Positions 15,890 to 28,130 of a stretch of DNA of 64,000 nt are shown in pieces. The number at the start of each line of letters is the position of its first letter. Positions within the stretch are counted from its first letter, which is position 1. A program made the translations under genes and the position numbers. Under the pieces are notes generated by a model. The model saw only the letters and a program-made list of their open reading frames with translations. It did no database searches and was not told the origin of the DNA. Origin of the DNA: the human T2T-CHM13v2.0 reference genome, Homo sapiens; NCBI RefSeq assembly GCF_009914755.1, contig NC_060928.1. One strand, 5' to 3'.

Positions 15890-17162
15890 CCTATGATGCT
15901 TTGTGTCCTAAAGAGCTTAAAAAATAGCCAAGATGGATAAAGATATACATCAAAGGCTTATGAAATTCCACAATACTAAAAAGTTTTGTTTTTAGTTAAT
16001 ACCAATGCTATCATGTGGTTCTGCTTCTGGTTGTCACTTTTTCAAAGACCTCTCCAGGCAAGAAATTATCAAAATAAAAATGTATTCTTTGTGTTCAATC
16101 CTTTGATCAATATACTATGGCTTGAAATCTTCTATCCTTGAGGTTAATATTGTATTAATGCAGCACACTTGCATTGCTATAGTTAGGGAACTGTCAGCAA
16201 TTCCACAGTTATCTCCCATTTTCAGGGGTTTATAACACCATTAAAACTTGCTGTAGGTTGAATCCTAGCATATGAAAGCACATCTGAAAATGGATTTTGT
16301 TGTCCCCTCCCCTCCAGCTTCACTCCTCATCCTTCTCCACATCTGACAAGAAACACACATACACATCCCTAGGCTTTTTTTTTTTTTTTTTAAGTTCCCA
16401 GGAAGGTATTAGTTATCTACCTGATAACTACAAAATTACTGTCGAATTCTGTACTGTACTAAAATATCATCTGAATCACCCATGGAAAGGAATCCAAAGG
16501 CCAGTACTATAATGAAAAAGTAACCTTATCTCAAACTGTTGTATTTCTAAGAATTTAACAAAATTGAAAAGCAGCCTCTGTCACTTCTTAAAATTATATT
16601 ATTATATACATCACCTCTACATAATGATAGGTACAGAAAAATTATTTTAAAATTTACTCATGGGGCTGGTCACCATGTACGTTCTGAGGAAAAAATAGCT
16701 CCTTAATAAAATTTCCAAGATTAAAAGGGTAAACCTGCCATTCCCCCAGCATATACAAGGGTAACAGCCTAATCTCTTTTTTTTCTTTAAATTCCACTCC
16801 TGTGACAGTTTACTAATCTTTCTACTGATTTTATTTCATATAGGTAAAGGAAATAGCAGTTTACTTATCCAGATTGTTATAAAACAATTTATTTTATTGG
16901 GTGCTGACCAAAGGGTTGACACCTAAAAGAACCCTTGTAATATATTAGAAAAACCATTTCTTGAAATTTCTATGCTGAAAAATGAAAGCCAAGTATTTAT
17001 TGCTATGTATTTCTACAATCACAGGTAAGAGGTTTACATTACAGATTAGGTGACAAGAGTCAGCACCTAGATTACAAGACTGCGGAAGTCATCAACACCA
17101 ACATTCCAGTTGGAACCTTGGAGTCAGTTCTTTTTATGCAATCTTGCCATTATAAAACTTAA

Positions 17163-17575
<413 letters not shown>

Positions 17576-18787
17576 AATTTATTTCTATTTCTATTTATTT
17601 TTTAAAAATCTATTCATATACAGAGTGATAATAGTGTGTTATATAATTGATCTTTAACCTCAAGGAGCTTTATCTTCAGCCAGTGAAATCTGAAACTTGC
17701 CACAACTATTGTCCTCTTTTATTACAATCAATTCTCCTTTCTGACTACAATCTTCCATTACTCTATCTCTTCCACTGCCTTAATCCAGGGACCTCTTCAA
17801 AGTGCCAAGTCAATCTTTCTTCTGTATTTATTCATTTCTCTATTCCCATTCTACTTGTTCTTTGTTACAGAAGCCTCCAATTTCTTGTCCCTTCTGCTTT
17901 CTCCTTATTGGCACCCTCTTGCCCTGACTTTTGTTTCCTCACCAAACAGAAAACAGTAGTTGAACCTAAAATAAAACACTTATGGTTATGTGGTTTATAT
18001 TTTATATTTTAGTTTTCTATCTTACCTTTACTCCCCCTTTTCTGTTGCCTTCTCTAATCTCTGTTACTTTTCCTTCCTTACCGGCAAATATCCATATAGT
18101 GAAAGAAGTTTACTTTCTACAGCAGTCATAAAGAGGTCAGCAACTTGGTGTAACTGTGTTGATCTACACATACAAAAATATTTTCCTGGAGTTACACCAA
18201 ATCATGTTACTTCTATACAATTCCTTTCCTGTATATTCATTCCTAAACCCATGGCCAAAACAGACTGCAAAAGAGCCATATCATTCTTACTATGGATTAG
18301 AGTTCTAGAAAACAAAGTCCTGTGTGTGTGTATGAAAGAAAAATGTATATATGAAAGATATTTAATATATTAAATGTAGGTTTCATTTAAAAAGTAGATG
18401 TTGCTTTCAAAAAGGAGAATGTGAGAAAATTAATATTTACCACTTTAAAGCTTTCGCTGACCTAGGGAAGTGGTAGTAGTAGTATTGATAGGAGTGAATT
18501 CTTAGGTGATGCTGGGAATTAGCTGTGTCAAATGCATATAGCACAAAAATCGCCATTACTGAACAATGATCTTTTTTCTGTATCTCTTATTATCCTTGAT
18601 TTATTGCAGTATGCCGTTTACTTCCTATCCAGCTCACATTCTGTGGTCCACCCTTTCAATACCTCTTTCAGTACTCTAGGCACCCGAAAGCCCTGTAGTT
18701 TCCCTACTTTATAGACATCCACCCTGCTAGCCATTCTCTCTCTGCCTGCACCCAAACTCTAAGTGCAACTGGGAGGAATATACATAC

Positions 18788-18949
18788 ATTCTATCTTCAG
18801 AATCACCATTCTCAGCTTGGCGTTCAGTACAACTTGGCAATTCTCTCATCCTTCTCTGGTCAACTCACTTCCCCACTTTCTGCAAAGATCAGTTATACTT
18901 CCTCCATTTTCTTTTAAAATTGCTTCTGTGTTTCAGTAGATGGCCTCAC
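18788..18949 (-). other. INTS12: INTS12 non-coding 5'UTR exon (162 nt)
   Basis: ctctctttgtgaagtag| acceptor and AAT|gtatgt donor; size agrees with my recollection of the INTS12 transcript. Confidence 0.75.
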
Positions 18950-19504
18950 CTACTTCACAAAGAGAGGCTGTCAGAGAGGAATTAAGTCGACTTCCTTCCA
19001 GCACATCTACAAACTTACCTGCACTCATCCTTTCCTCTTTCCCATCTGATAAAAAAGGAGAAGGTAGCTCTCTATGTAGTGTCACCTGGATCTGGATCCT
19101 ATCTCTTCTTGTCCCCTCTTGAACCTTGGCCTATGGATTATTTCCCATATCTTCTTTTTTTTTTTTTTCAGCCTTTCTACTGGCATCTTTTCATTGACAT
19201 TAAATATATTCAAACATCTTCTATCTTTTCTCTTTTATAGCAAAACTTTCTCAGAAATCATATGCTTTTGTACTCTTTTTCTTCATTCCTTCTATTTACA
19301 CAGCAATTCTTGCAATTCAGCCTTTGTCCCACTATTCCATGAAAATGCTCTCATGAGTCATTCGCCGCCTCAGTCAGGTAAACCTAATACATACGATTGT
19401 CCCTCCTACTTCTTTGTCAGTCATCTTTGTAGGTTCCTCCTATCCAATTAAAAATGAGTTCCTCAGTGCTAGGTTCTGGGTCTCTTCTTGACTTGTTCTA
19501 CATC

Positions 19505-19685
19505 TTCTTCCAAAAATGTGTTCTCTGAGTCAGCAGCATAGGTATCACGTCAGAACTTAGAAATACAAACTCTTGGTCTCCATTCCTAGGCCTACTGAAG
19601 AAAAAACTCTGGGAGTAGGATCTAGAAATCTGTGTTAAGCCTTCCAGGCAATTCTATCTACTCTAAAGTTTGGGAATTATTGCCC
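19505..19685. mobile_element. MER5A-like hAT element
   Basis: cagcagcat...gaacttagaaatacaaa...aaactctgggagtagg...taaagtttgggaa. Confidence 0.7.
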
Positions 19686-20216
19686 TAGACAATTTGATCT
19701 ATATAGTCTTTTGCCAGTGATTACTAATACATCTCTGCAGTCCATGTGTCTCTCCCAAGATCCAACTGCCAGCTTGACATGGATATATCATTGGTGCCTC
19801 CTATGCAACGTGTCTCCAACAGAGCCACTCATACACTATTCCCTTTTCTCCTAACCAGTTCTTCCTCTAGTAATCCCTTTTTCAAATGATATTTACCCTA
19901 TTGCCCAAGCCAGTAACCCAGAAGCAGCTTTAACTCTTCCCACTTCCTTAATTCCCACCCCCAATTCAATAACCAAACCTCTTAAACATACCTCAAATCT
20001 ATCCACCCTTTTCAATCCTTACTACTACCACCCTAGACCAACCTAGCATCATCTATTATCTGGCCCACTGCAAAAGCTTAATCAGTCTCCCACAATCACT
20101 CTTGTCATCCCTTTAAACCTTTTCATATCACTCACTTGCTTAAAATCCTTTTATCACTTCTCACAATCCAAAGGTTCAAGAATAAGATTCTTAACAAGGT
20201 CTCCAATTCTCTACAT

Positions 20217-20676
20217 CAGGGGTCCCTAACCTTCAGGCCATGCAGCAGGAGGTGAGCAGTAGGCAAGCGAGGGAAGCTTCATTTGTATTTACAGCCACTC
20301 CCATCACTTGCATTACTACCTGAGCTCTGCCTCCTGTCACATCACTGGTGGAATTAGATTCTCATAGGAATGCGAATCCTATGTGAACTGTGCATGTGTG
20401 TGATCTACGTTGTGTGCTCCTCATGAGAATCTAATGCCTGATGATCTGTCACAGTATACCCCATCATCCCCAGATGAAACCGTCTAGCTGCAGGAAAGCA
20501 AGCTCAAGGTTCCCACTGATTCTACATTATGGTGAGTTGTCCAATTATTTTATTATATATTACCATGTAGTAATAAGAGAAATAAAGTGCACAATAAATG
20601 TAATGCACTTGAATCATCCTGAAACCATGTCTTCAATGAAACTGGTCCCTGGTGCCAAAAAGGTTGTGGACCATTG
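20217..20676 (+). mobile_element. MER1A-like hAT-Charlie element
   Basis: caggggtcc...ggaccattg termini; perfect 8-bp TSD ctctacat at 20209-20216 and 20677-20684. Confidence 0.9.
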
Positions 20677-21395
20677 CTCTACATGATTAATAATACATAT
20701 AAAGCAGTTACAACAGTACCTGACACATAGTTGACACTCATTAAATGTTACCTAGTATCTTAGGCCATTCTCACTCTCTCTGTTATAGCTATCTGACTTA
20801 TTTCAAGTCCTCCAATATACTCTTTCTTACCTTAGCACTTCAGTAGAAAGTGTGCCACCCCCACCTCCATCTTAAGTCACCTCTCAAGTTTCAGTTTTTC
20901 CTGCACATTCCCTCAACAAAACTAGAAGTTTCACTGTTACATAGCCCAAAAACATTCTGTACTTATTTGTAATATTAATCACACTGTTAATTATGTAAAT
21001 AATCTTTCTTTCTCATTAGAATGTAAGTTCCATGAAGGCAGGCAGTGGATTGGTCTTGCCTACTGTTGTAACCCCTGTCTGGCAGAGTTCCTGGAAAACA
21101 GCAAATAACTGTAAATGTTGGCCAAGTAAATACTTGTTATCTACTTCCAATTTCATAAAACTTTCTCTTCCCTTGAGTTCTGTTATACTCAACTTTTCTG
21201 TTTTTCCTCTTCTATCTCTGACTACTCTTTCTTTGGCTTATCTTCTTTGTTGCTTTTGGTATTGTCCAAGTATTTGTCCTTGGCTATCTTCTTAGTTCTG
21301 CTAGCAGTTTCTTCTTGGTAATCTTATACACATCAGGTTTTCAACTATCATCTCTGGGTAGATGATTTAATATGTTTTACCCCAACTTCAATCTC

Positions 21396-21677
21396 TTTTT
21401 TTTTTTTTTTTTTTTTGAGACATGGTCTTGCTCTGTCACCCAGGTTGGAGTGCACTGAGATCATGGCTCACTGCAGCCTCGAACTCCTGGGCTCAAGTGA
21501 TCCTCCTGCCTCAGCCTCCCAAGCAGCTAGGACTACAGGCATGCACCACCGTAACCATGCCCAGGTAATTTTGTTGTTTTTTAAGTAGAGCCAGGGTCTT
21601 GCTATGTTGCTCTTATCTGGTCTCAAACAATCCTCCTGTTGTGGCTTCCCAAAGTGCTGGGATTACAAGTGCGAGCC
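21396..21677 (-). mobile_element. Alu (AluJ-like)
   Basis: T-tail plus degraded reverse Alu. Confidence 0.88.
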
Positions 21678-23778
21678 AAATCTCTTAAATTTGAATCCCA
21701 TGTTTCCAAATGCTTAGTGTATGTGTCTATGTGATTCCTTAATGGCATCTCAAATTCAGTTACAACTAAAATTGAGATTCTGATTATCTTCCCGAAAAGT
21801 TCCTTGTCCTGCTCTTACTTTTAATAAATGACACAACTTTCTTTTAGTCAGGTTTGAGACCAAAGTCTTTCCTTCACTGAGTCTTTCCCTACTCCTTATA
21901 TTCAAATAATCAGAATTCCTGTGGATTCTGACGGCAATATTTTTCACACTTGTCCTACTTTTCACTTCCACTGCTACTACTGAAATTCAGGTTTTATTAG
22001 CTTACTTGAACTATGGCAATAACCTCGTTATTTTCCTTGACTTCAACATTGTTGCCATATGAATTTTCCTGAAACCCAGTTTTCTTCTTTTTCATTAAAA
22101 TAAAAAAAAAAATTCTTGCTGAGAAGTTAGGGCTTTCTACCACCTTCGAAATAAAGACCAAATTTCTTGGCCTAGCATTTAAGAAGATTCAGTAACTGGC
22201 ACAAAAATTATCATTCATCATCCCCAGATCTGCCTTATAGCTAGCTGACCCTGCCACTCTTATTTTTTTTGTCCAGGAAGCTCTTTACCTATTTTTATAT
22301 ATCTACATCCTATCAAGACCCTATTCAAATACTTCTCATGAAGATTTGACTGACAGCTGCTGTGCCCCTCTCCATTCCAAACCCTATTAATAGTCTCTCC
22401 ATTCAAGGATATCTCATAGTGCTTTTTCATGGTATTGCAACTTTCTCCCTTGAAGCATTTTTTTTTTTTTTTGGCACAAGTGTTATGTCCCCTACAAAAC
22501 TCTGAGTACTTTAAGGGCAGAGTCTATATTTATCTTTTTGCCTATCTCTTTGCCACTTTGCAAAGTACAACAAAATAATGGCTATAGAATTACTGGAATT
22601 AAGTGATCAAAGTATAGTGGTCTTATCTCTCCTTCTACACAATTGTAGCCATTTCCAAGGTCCCTTCAGCAAAAATCACAAAAGTAACTCACCCCTGCCC
22701 CCACAAAAAAAACTCCAAACATCAAAAAAGCAAAAGCAAAGCAATCACCTCTTTCACGACTGGGGACTTGTAGTACAATGTTCCTATCTGTAAAATTCTC
22801 ACAATCTTTCGCCTGTCTTGCTTAATTCATTAATCCCACTGGTCTGTAAACTTGATGACAGCAGGAACTTGTTTTGTTCACTGTTATTTCCCTAGTGCTT
22901 GAAACTTAATAAGGGCTCAAAAATATTTATCGAATGAACGAACTAGGTTTTTTGCGTAAATGTCACCTTATAAGGCTTCTGTGATCTCTCCAATCTAAAT
23001 TGGGCATTCATATATAAATATAAGTATGTGCTTTCTCCTAGATCCATTTTTCACCCTACCTGGCAATCTCAAAAGAAGTCCAAAGTTGATCATATGCACG
23101 TGCCCCAGATGAAGGAAACAGAAACTGTTCACATAGAGTGCAGTATTATCGTTGCCATTTCATAATGGCTCTAAAAAACTTTGTTCTTCATGACTTCGCA
23201 AGCTCTTGCAACCCCTTCCAATAAACATTATTTTAAAGATGCTGCCTTTTTCATTCCTCCACTGAGTTCTTGGTTCTGGATAACACTGATACCTTAGGGA
23301 CACCTGGAATCGCAGGAGAAAAGGCTCCGATTCCAAACCAATCAAGTGGCTGAAAGCTGACAGCAAACACTTAGAAAAGGAATGTCAATCCTTTGATCAA
23401 AGCATCACACATCGAAGTCCTAGAATGGGGGATGGTCCTTGACAGGGGAGCCAAAAGATGAGAGACAATGAGGGAGCTACGTAGAGAAGTCACTAAAACC
23501 CTCCGACAAAGTCCGAGGCAGGATTCCAAGTCCCTTGTCCCTAGACCTAGAAATATGCTCGGTCCGCATGTCCCGGCCCGCAACTCCCTCGGAGGAAGCA
23601 CAGTCCTCACTGAAAGGGGAGAGCAGTCAGTCTAGGGCACGCAACCGCCCGTAAATTATGATTCCCCTTGAGGAGCGAGGAAACTAATACCCCACGTAGC
23701 TACTCTCCCACCTCGCTCCTGGCGCGGGGGTCTCGAGCCTCCAGGAGGCCAGGAGCAGAGTCGCTCAGCATAACTCAC

Positions 23779-23870
23779 CGTTCCGCCCCGCCCTGCCGAT
23801 CCGTCTGTTCCCGGTGGTCCCTTCGGAAACGGTTCCCGCACTGGCCGGCTCCGAAAGCAGGAAAACAAAG
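23779..23870 (-). other. INTS12: INTS12 non-coding exon 1 (5' end approximate)
   Basis: Strong donor ACG|gtgagt at 23779/23778 within CpG island. Confidence 0.8.
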
Positions 23871-23929
23871 GTTCCCACAGTAGGGGCGGGGGAAACGTTT
23901 GGCAGTGCGACAGTAGGAAGTGACGTTAC

Positions 23930-24157
23930 TTCCCTTTTTCCGGTCCGCCGGATTATGAATGACGGCCGGCGCGAGTATTTTCCACATAAGGTGGCTGTCG
24001 TTTTTCTCCTGGCCTCTGTGGAGGCGAGTGGTCTGCGGGCAGCAGCTCCCAGAGGCAGCCTTGGAATTCCAGCTCGGACTGGGCGGGAAGGCGCAGGCGG
24101 CCCAGGTCGCCGACACGCTCACGCACCCTCCCTGCCTGGCCGCGCCTCTGCGACCAG
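23930..24157 (+). other. GSTCD: GSTCD non-coding exon 1 (5' end approximate)
   Basis: Donor CAG|gtaaag at 24157/24158 within CpG island. Confidence 0.8.
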
Positions 24158-25368
24158 GTAAAGAGGGCGCTCGGGCCGCCGGCTTCTCAGCCTCCGCGAC
24201 CCCCTAAGAACTGGTCTTTTCTTCGGGGGTCTGCAGGGCTGAGGATGCGGGGGAAGGGTGGGAAGGACAAGGGCGTGGTATCATCGTCCTGATTTTTCTC
24301 CCGCCCTGGGGCCGCCTCAAACTCCTTTTTGGCCACTCCTGCTGAAGGTGCGGGTTGAGGGCTCTGGGCTTCTCGGTAGTACGCGTTTCCCAGTTTCCCC
24401 CTAGCCAGTCCCTCATGTCTTCCTCTGCTGATGGAGAAATGGGGCAGCTTCCAGTTGGAGGCGTTGGTTGGGGTGGTTTGATATTTGCTGTTAAGTGTTA
24501 CTTCAAGACCTCTTGGGTCACACTAACTTCTCTTCTCTCTTTGGCATTGAGTTTTCCATTCCAGCCCTTCCTGATTGCAGAAAGCAGTTCTATGTGAATA
24601 CTACTTAACATTTACTCCAAAGGACTTGCTTCATTTGGGGCCATTTGCTTATGTTTTGTCATCACAGCAGTATCTCTTGGGTTTTTAACTTCTATAGAAA
24701 GTTTAATTTGCATGAAAGTTGCTTTGGTTTCAAAAACGTTTGCTAATACACGTACTTCCCATCCCAACTTTCTACCTGGTTTTGGGATGAGATGACTTGT
24801 TTTTTTCCCCTTTATTCTTAATGCCAGGATCCCATTCCTTGTCATAAATTCTTGAATATCAAGAAAATGCCAGCTTTAGTAATATATTGTGTGCTACATT
24901 ATTGATAAAGAAGGTGGTGTATTTCTATTTTATCTAAGCTTATCTGTAAAAACAATGTTTACAGGAGAAAATGCAAAAGCTAGCAAGAACTAGTGATGTG
25001 ATAATTTTAAACATGTAAACATAGTCATTTAAATCCATGATAATAAACTGTTATAACACAACTAAGTGATTCGCTGTCATATTTAATAAACATTAAGCTA
25101 TGCGGGTTTTTTTTTCTTTTTTTTTAACTGCCTGATGGGGAGCATACACCACTGAGAGGATTGCTTTAAGCACACTCATTACTAAAAATTGTGTTTGTAT
25201 TACACCTGAAAGTATCGTTTTGTGAGGTCTCACTTCAAAAATAAGACTGAAAAGGTCAATGAGATTTGAGAATCATCATTTCTTTTTATTTTGTATACTT
25301 TGCACTTCTACGTGTTTTTGCTTTAATTTAAACACAGCTCAAACTTGAGCTTCTGTAGTAGTGGGCCC

Positions 25369-25704
<336 letters not shown>

Positions 25705-27289
25705 TAGCTTTTGTTTCATCATCTGTGATTTTTAAATAAAAATAAATACTGAGTATCCAATTAGCTTTTCTAACAAAGAATAAATACTTGGAATGCAGAT
25801 ATTGAAACCATTTAGATTAAAACAAGCACAGGTATTGTTTGCTGTGAAAATTCAGTAATTTTATTTCATACTTGGTAACATGTTAGCCATTTGCGCTGTC
25901 GATCACTGTTAATTATGAGGTCGGGTTTAGCTGAAGGCATTATGACTCCATGGCAACAGATGATTCCCTGATTCTCCAGAGAGATTACACACTTCGTTTG
26001 TGGCTAAGGTTACTGTAAGCTTTTCACTTAAAAACTTTTCCTACTTCTTTACCAGATAAGAAAACAGCTAATTTTAATCACTGGCTTTTGTTCTCTAGGA
26101 CTTAACTGCATCCCATATTACGTATTTAATGAGCTTGAAAAAATCTCAGTGTTTTTCTTATCGTTTTTGACCCTAAATATTTAAGGTAATTGGCTGCTAT
26201 CTATCTGTTGAGGGGCATGTTTTTTTGTTTTGTTTTGTTTTGGTTAAATCTATATTATTGTAATAAAATAGGGTACAATTTTCAGCCAAATACTGTTGTT
26301 TTATGAAAAGCATAAAACACAAGATAAGTTATAAAATTCAAAATGTTGAACATATGATGTAGGAGAGAATTTAGGCAGGTTTAAATTTTAATCTTTAAGA
26401 AAAGTAAGTGTTTGTGATTTTTCGTACTTATAAACTGTGTTGAACTTCTTATTTTGTACAATAGGTTGATATGCACATGGATTAAGGGTTTCACGTTTAT
26501 ATTTTACCATTTCATGATTCCCTGGCTTTCAGCCTCAGTAACAAATATGTTTTTTTTCAGTATTTGGTTGGGAAAAACTTTTCAATCAATATAAATCCTT
26601 TACCTTTCATGGAAAGAAGCTTGAAAATATAAACCATAATTTGGGTTTTGCCCATCAAGGTTTGCATATTTTAATAGTGCCAGTTGATAAGGAATTTGGT
26701 TATAAATTATAAAGAAATAATAGTAGCTAGTATTTATTTAAGGACTTAATATGTGACAAGCTTTTTTCTGTATGGCACACTACATGGTAGGTACAGTTAT
26801 TATTGTCTCCATTTTATTATATAAGTGAGGAAACAGATATGCAGAAAAGTTTTTTATAGCTACTAAGAATCAGAACCAGTATATTTGCACCCAGGTGGTC
26901 TGGCTCAACAGTCTCGGCTCTAATCTATTACTTTATAATTCTTGTTTTATAAATATTCTTGCTAGGCACATGTATGGAATCTAGTTAAGATTCTTAGTTC
27001 CTTTGCCCTGGATATAAGTATACATAAAAACTTCTGTGCTTGCTTTATTTATGAGTTTGGTTAGATTCCATTTATACTTTTCCCGATTCACCTCACAAAG
27101 GTGATCTTATTTCTTCATTTTAATTTATACTTAGTTGGTCCTTAAAATAGAGTTATTAATTTGGAAAAGAAAGAATGGTGTCATGAAGAATGAGATACAC
27201 ATTGTACCAAGACTAAAGTTATTAATAATACTCTCAGACAGTGATTTCTGACATTCATATATGTACATTCATTCCTTGAACTAAAGTTT

Positions 27290-28130
27290 CAGTTCATTAA
27301 GCACTGGAGATGTTATAGTGTTAGGTGATAAGAGCTATGAAGAAAAAGGGAAGCTAGGTAAGAGGCTAGGGTGTGCTTTTTCAATTCAGGCAGTCAGGAG
27401 AGGCTGTTCTGAGTTAATATTTATGCAGAAAAATCAATGAAATGAGGGAGCAAGCCCTGTGAATCTCTTGGAGAAAAGCATTCTAGGCAAAGCAATAGCA
27501 AGTACAAATATTCTCAAGTGGCACCTTCCAAAAACAGCAAGGACAGCTATGGCTGGAAGGGAGTGAAGAAGGATAAGAGATGAGGTCAGAAAGGGATAGC
27601 TAGGGTCACAGTAGGCCTATAGGCCATAATAGGAAATTTGGATTTTATTTTGAGTGTGCTGAAGAGCCATTGGATGGTTTTGAGCACGAGACATCTGATT
27701 TATGTTTTTAAGGATCACCCTGTTGTTGGAGAATGGACTGTTTTATGGAAAGTGGAGGAAAATAGTTAATAGGCTTTTGCAGTAGTCCTTGTAAGCACTG
27801 GCGATGACTTAGATTAAGGTGGTAGTGGTAGAGGTGCTGAGGAGTTGGATTTAGCATATACTTCAAAGGTAGAGATGGCAGGGTATGAGAGAGAGAAAAA
27901 AAGAAGTTGAGTGGGACTTTTGAGTTTTTGGCCTAAGCATCTGGGTAATTGGTGTTGCCATTTTACCAGGAAGTAGAACACGAAGGGAAGGGGAGCAGGT
28001 TTAGAAAAACATCCACATGGAGATGTCAAGTAGAATATAGTAGTCTGGAGTTAGAGGAGAAGATACGGCTGGGATATACATGTAAGAGTCAGATCATATT
28101 TAAAGCTATGGCACTGGAGATCACCCAGAA
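27290..28130 (-). mobile_element. L2 remnant
   Basis: gatgaggtcaga...ttttattttgagtgt...gagccattggatggttttgagc resembles antisense L2. Confidence 0.65.

Larger units (their letters stand above)
18700..20210 (+). mobile_element. L2 (LINE2) remnant, interrupted by MER5 and continuing right of MER1A; edges approximate
   Basis: acatctacaaacttacctgca...tctggatcctatc and ccaactgccagcttgacat resemble L2 ORF2/3' consensus. Confidence 0.65.
23500..24400. promoter_or_regulatory. CpG island, bidirectional INTS12/GSTCD promoter
   Basis: Only CpG-rich non-repeat stretch; GC boxes (~23783, 23883-23891), ETS/CRE element 23916-23933, divergent splice donors. Confidence 0.95.

Noticed and set aside
17647-18373. 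121- and 127-aa + strand ORFs
   Set aside because: Low-complexity pyrimidine-rich intronic sequence, non-ATG starts, no motifs
23293-23610. Possible alternative INTS12 first exon (AAG|gtatca)
   Set aside because: Only a moderate donor; nothing else supports it
23656-24416. Overlapping 70-115 aa ORFs across the CpG island
   Set aside because: Stop-poor GC-rich DNA; only ATG-initiated frames within GSTCD exon 1 were kept as uORF candidates
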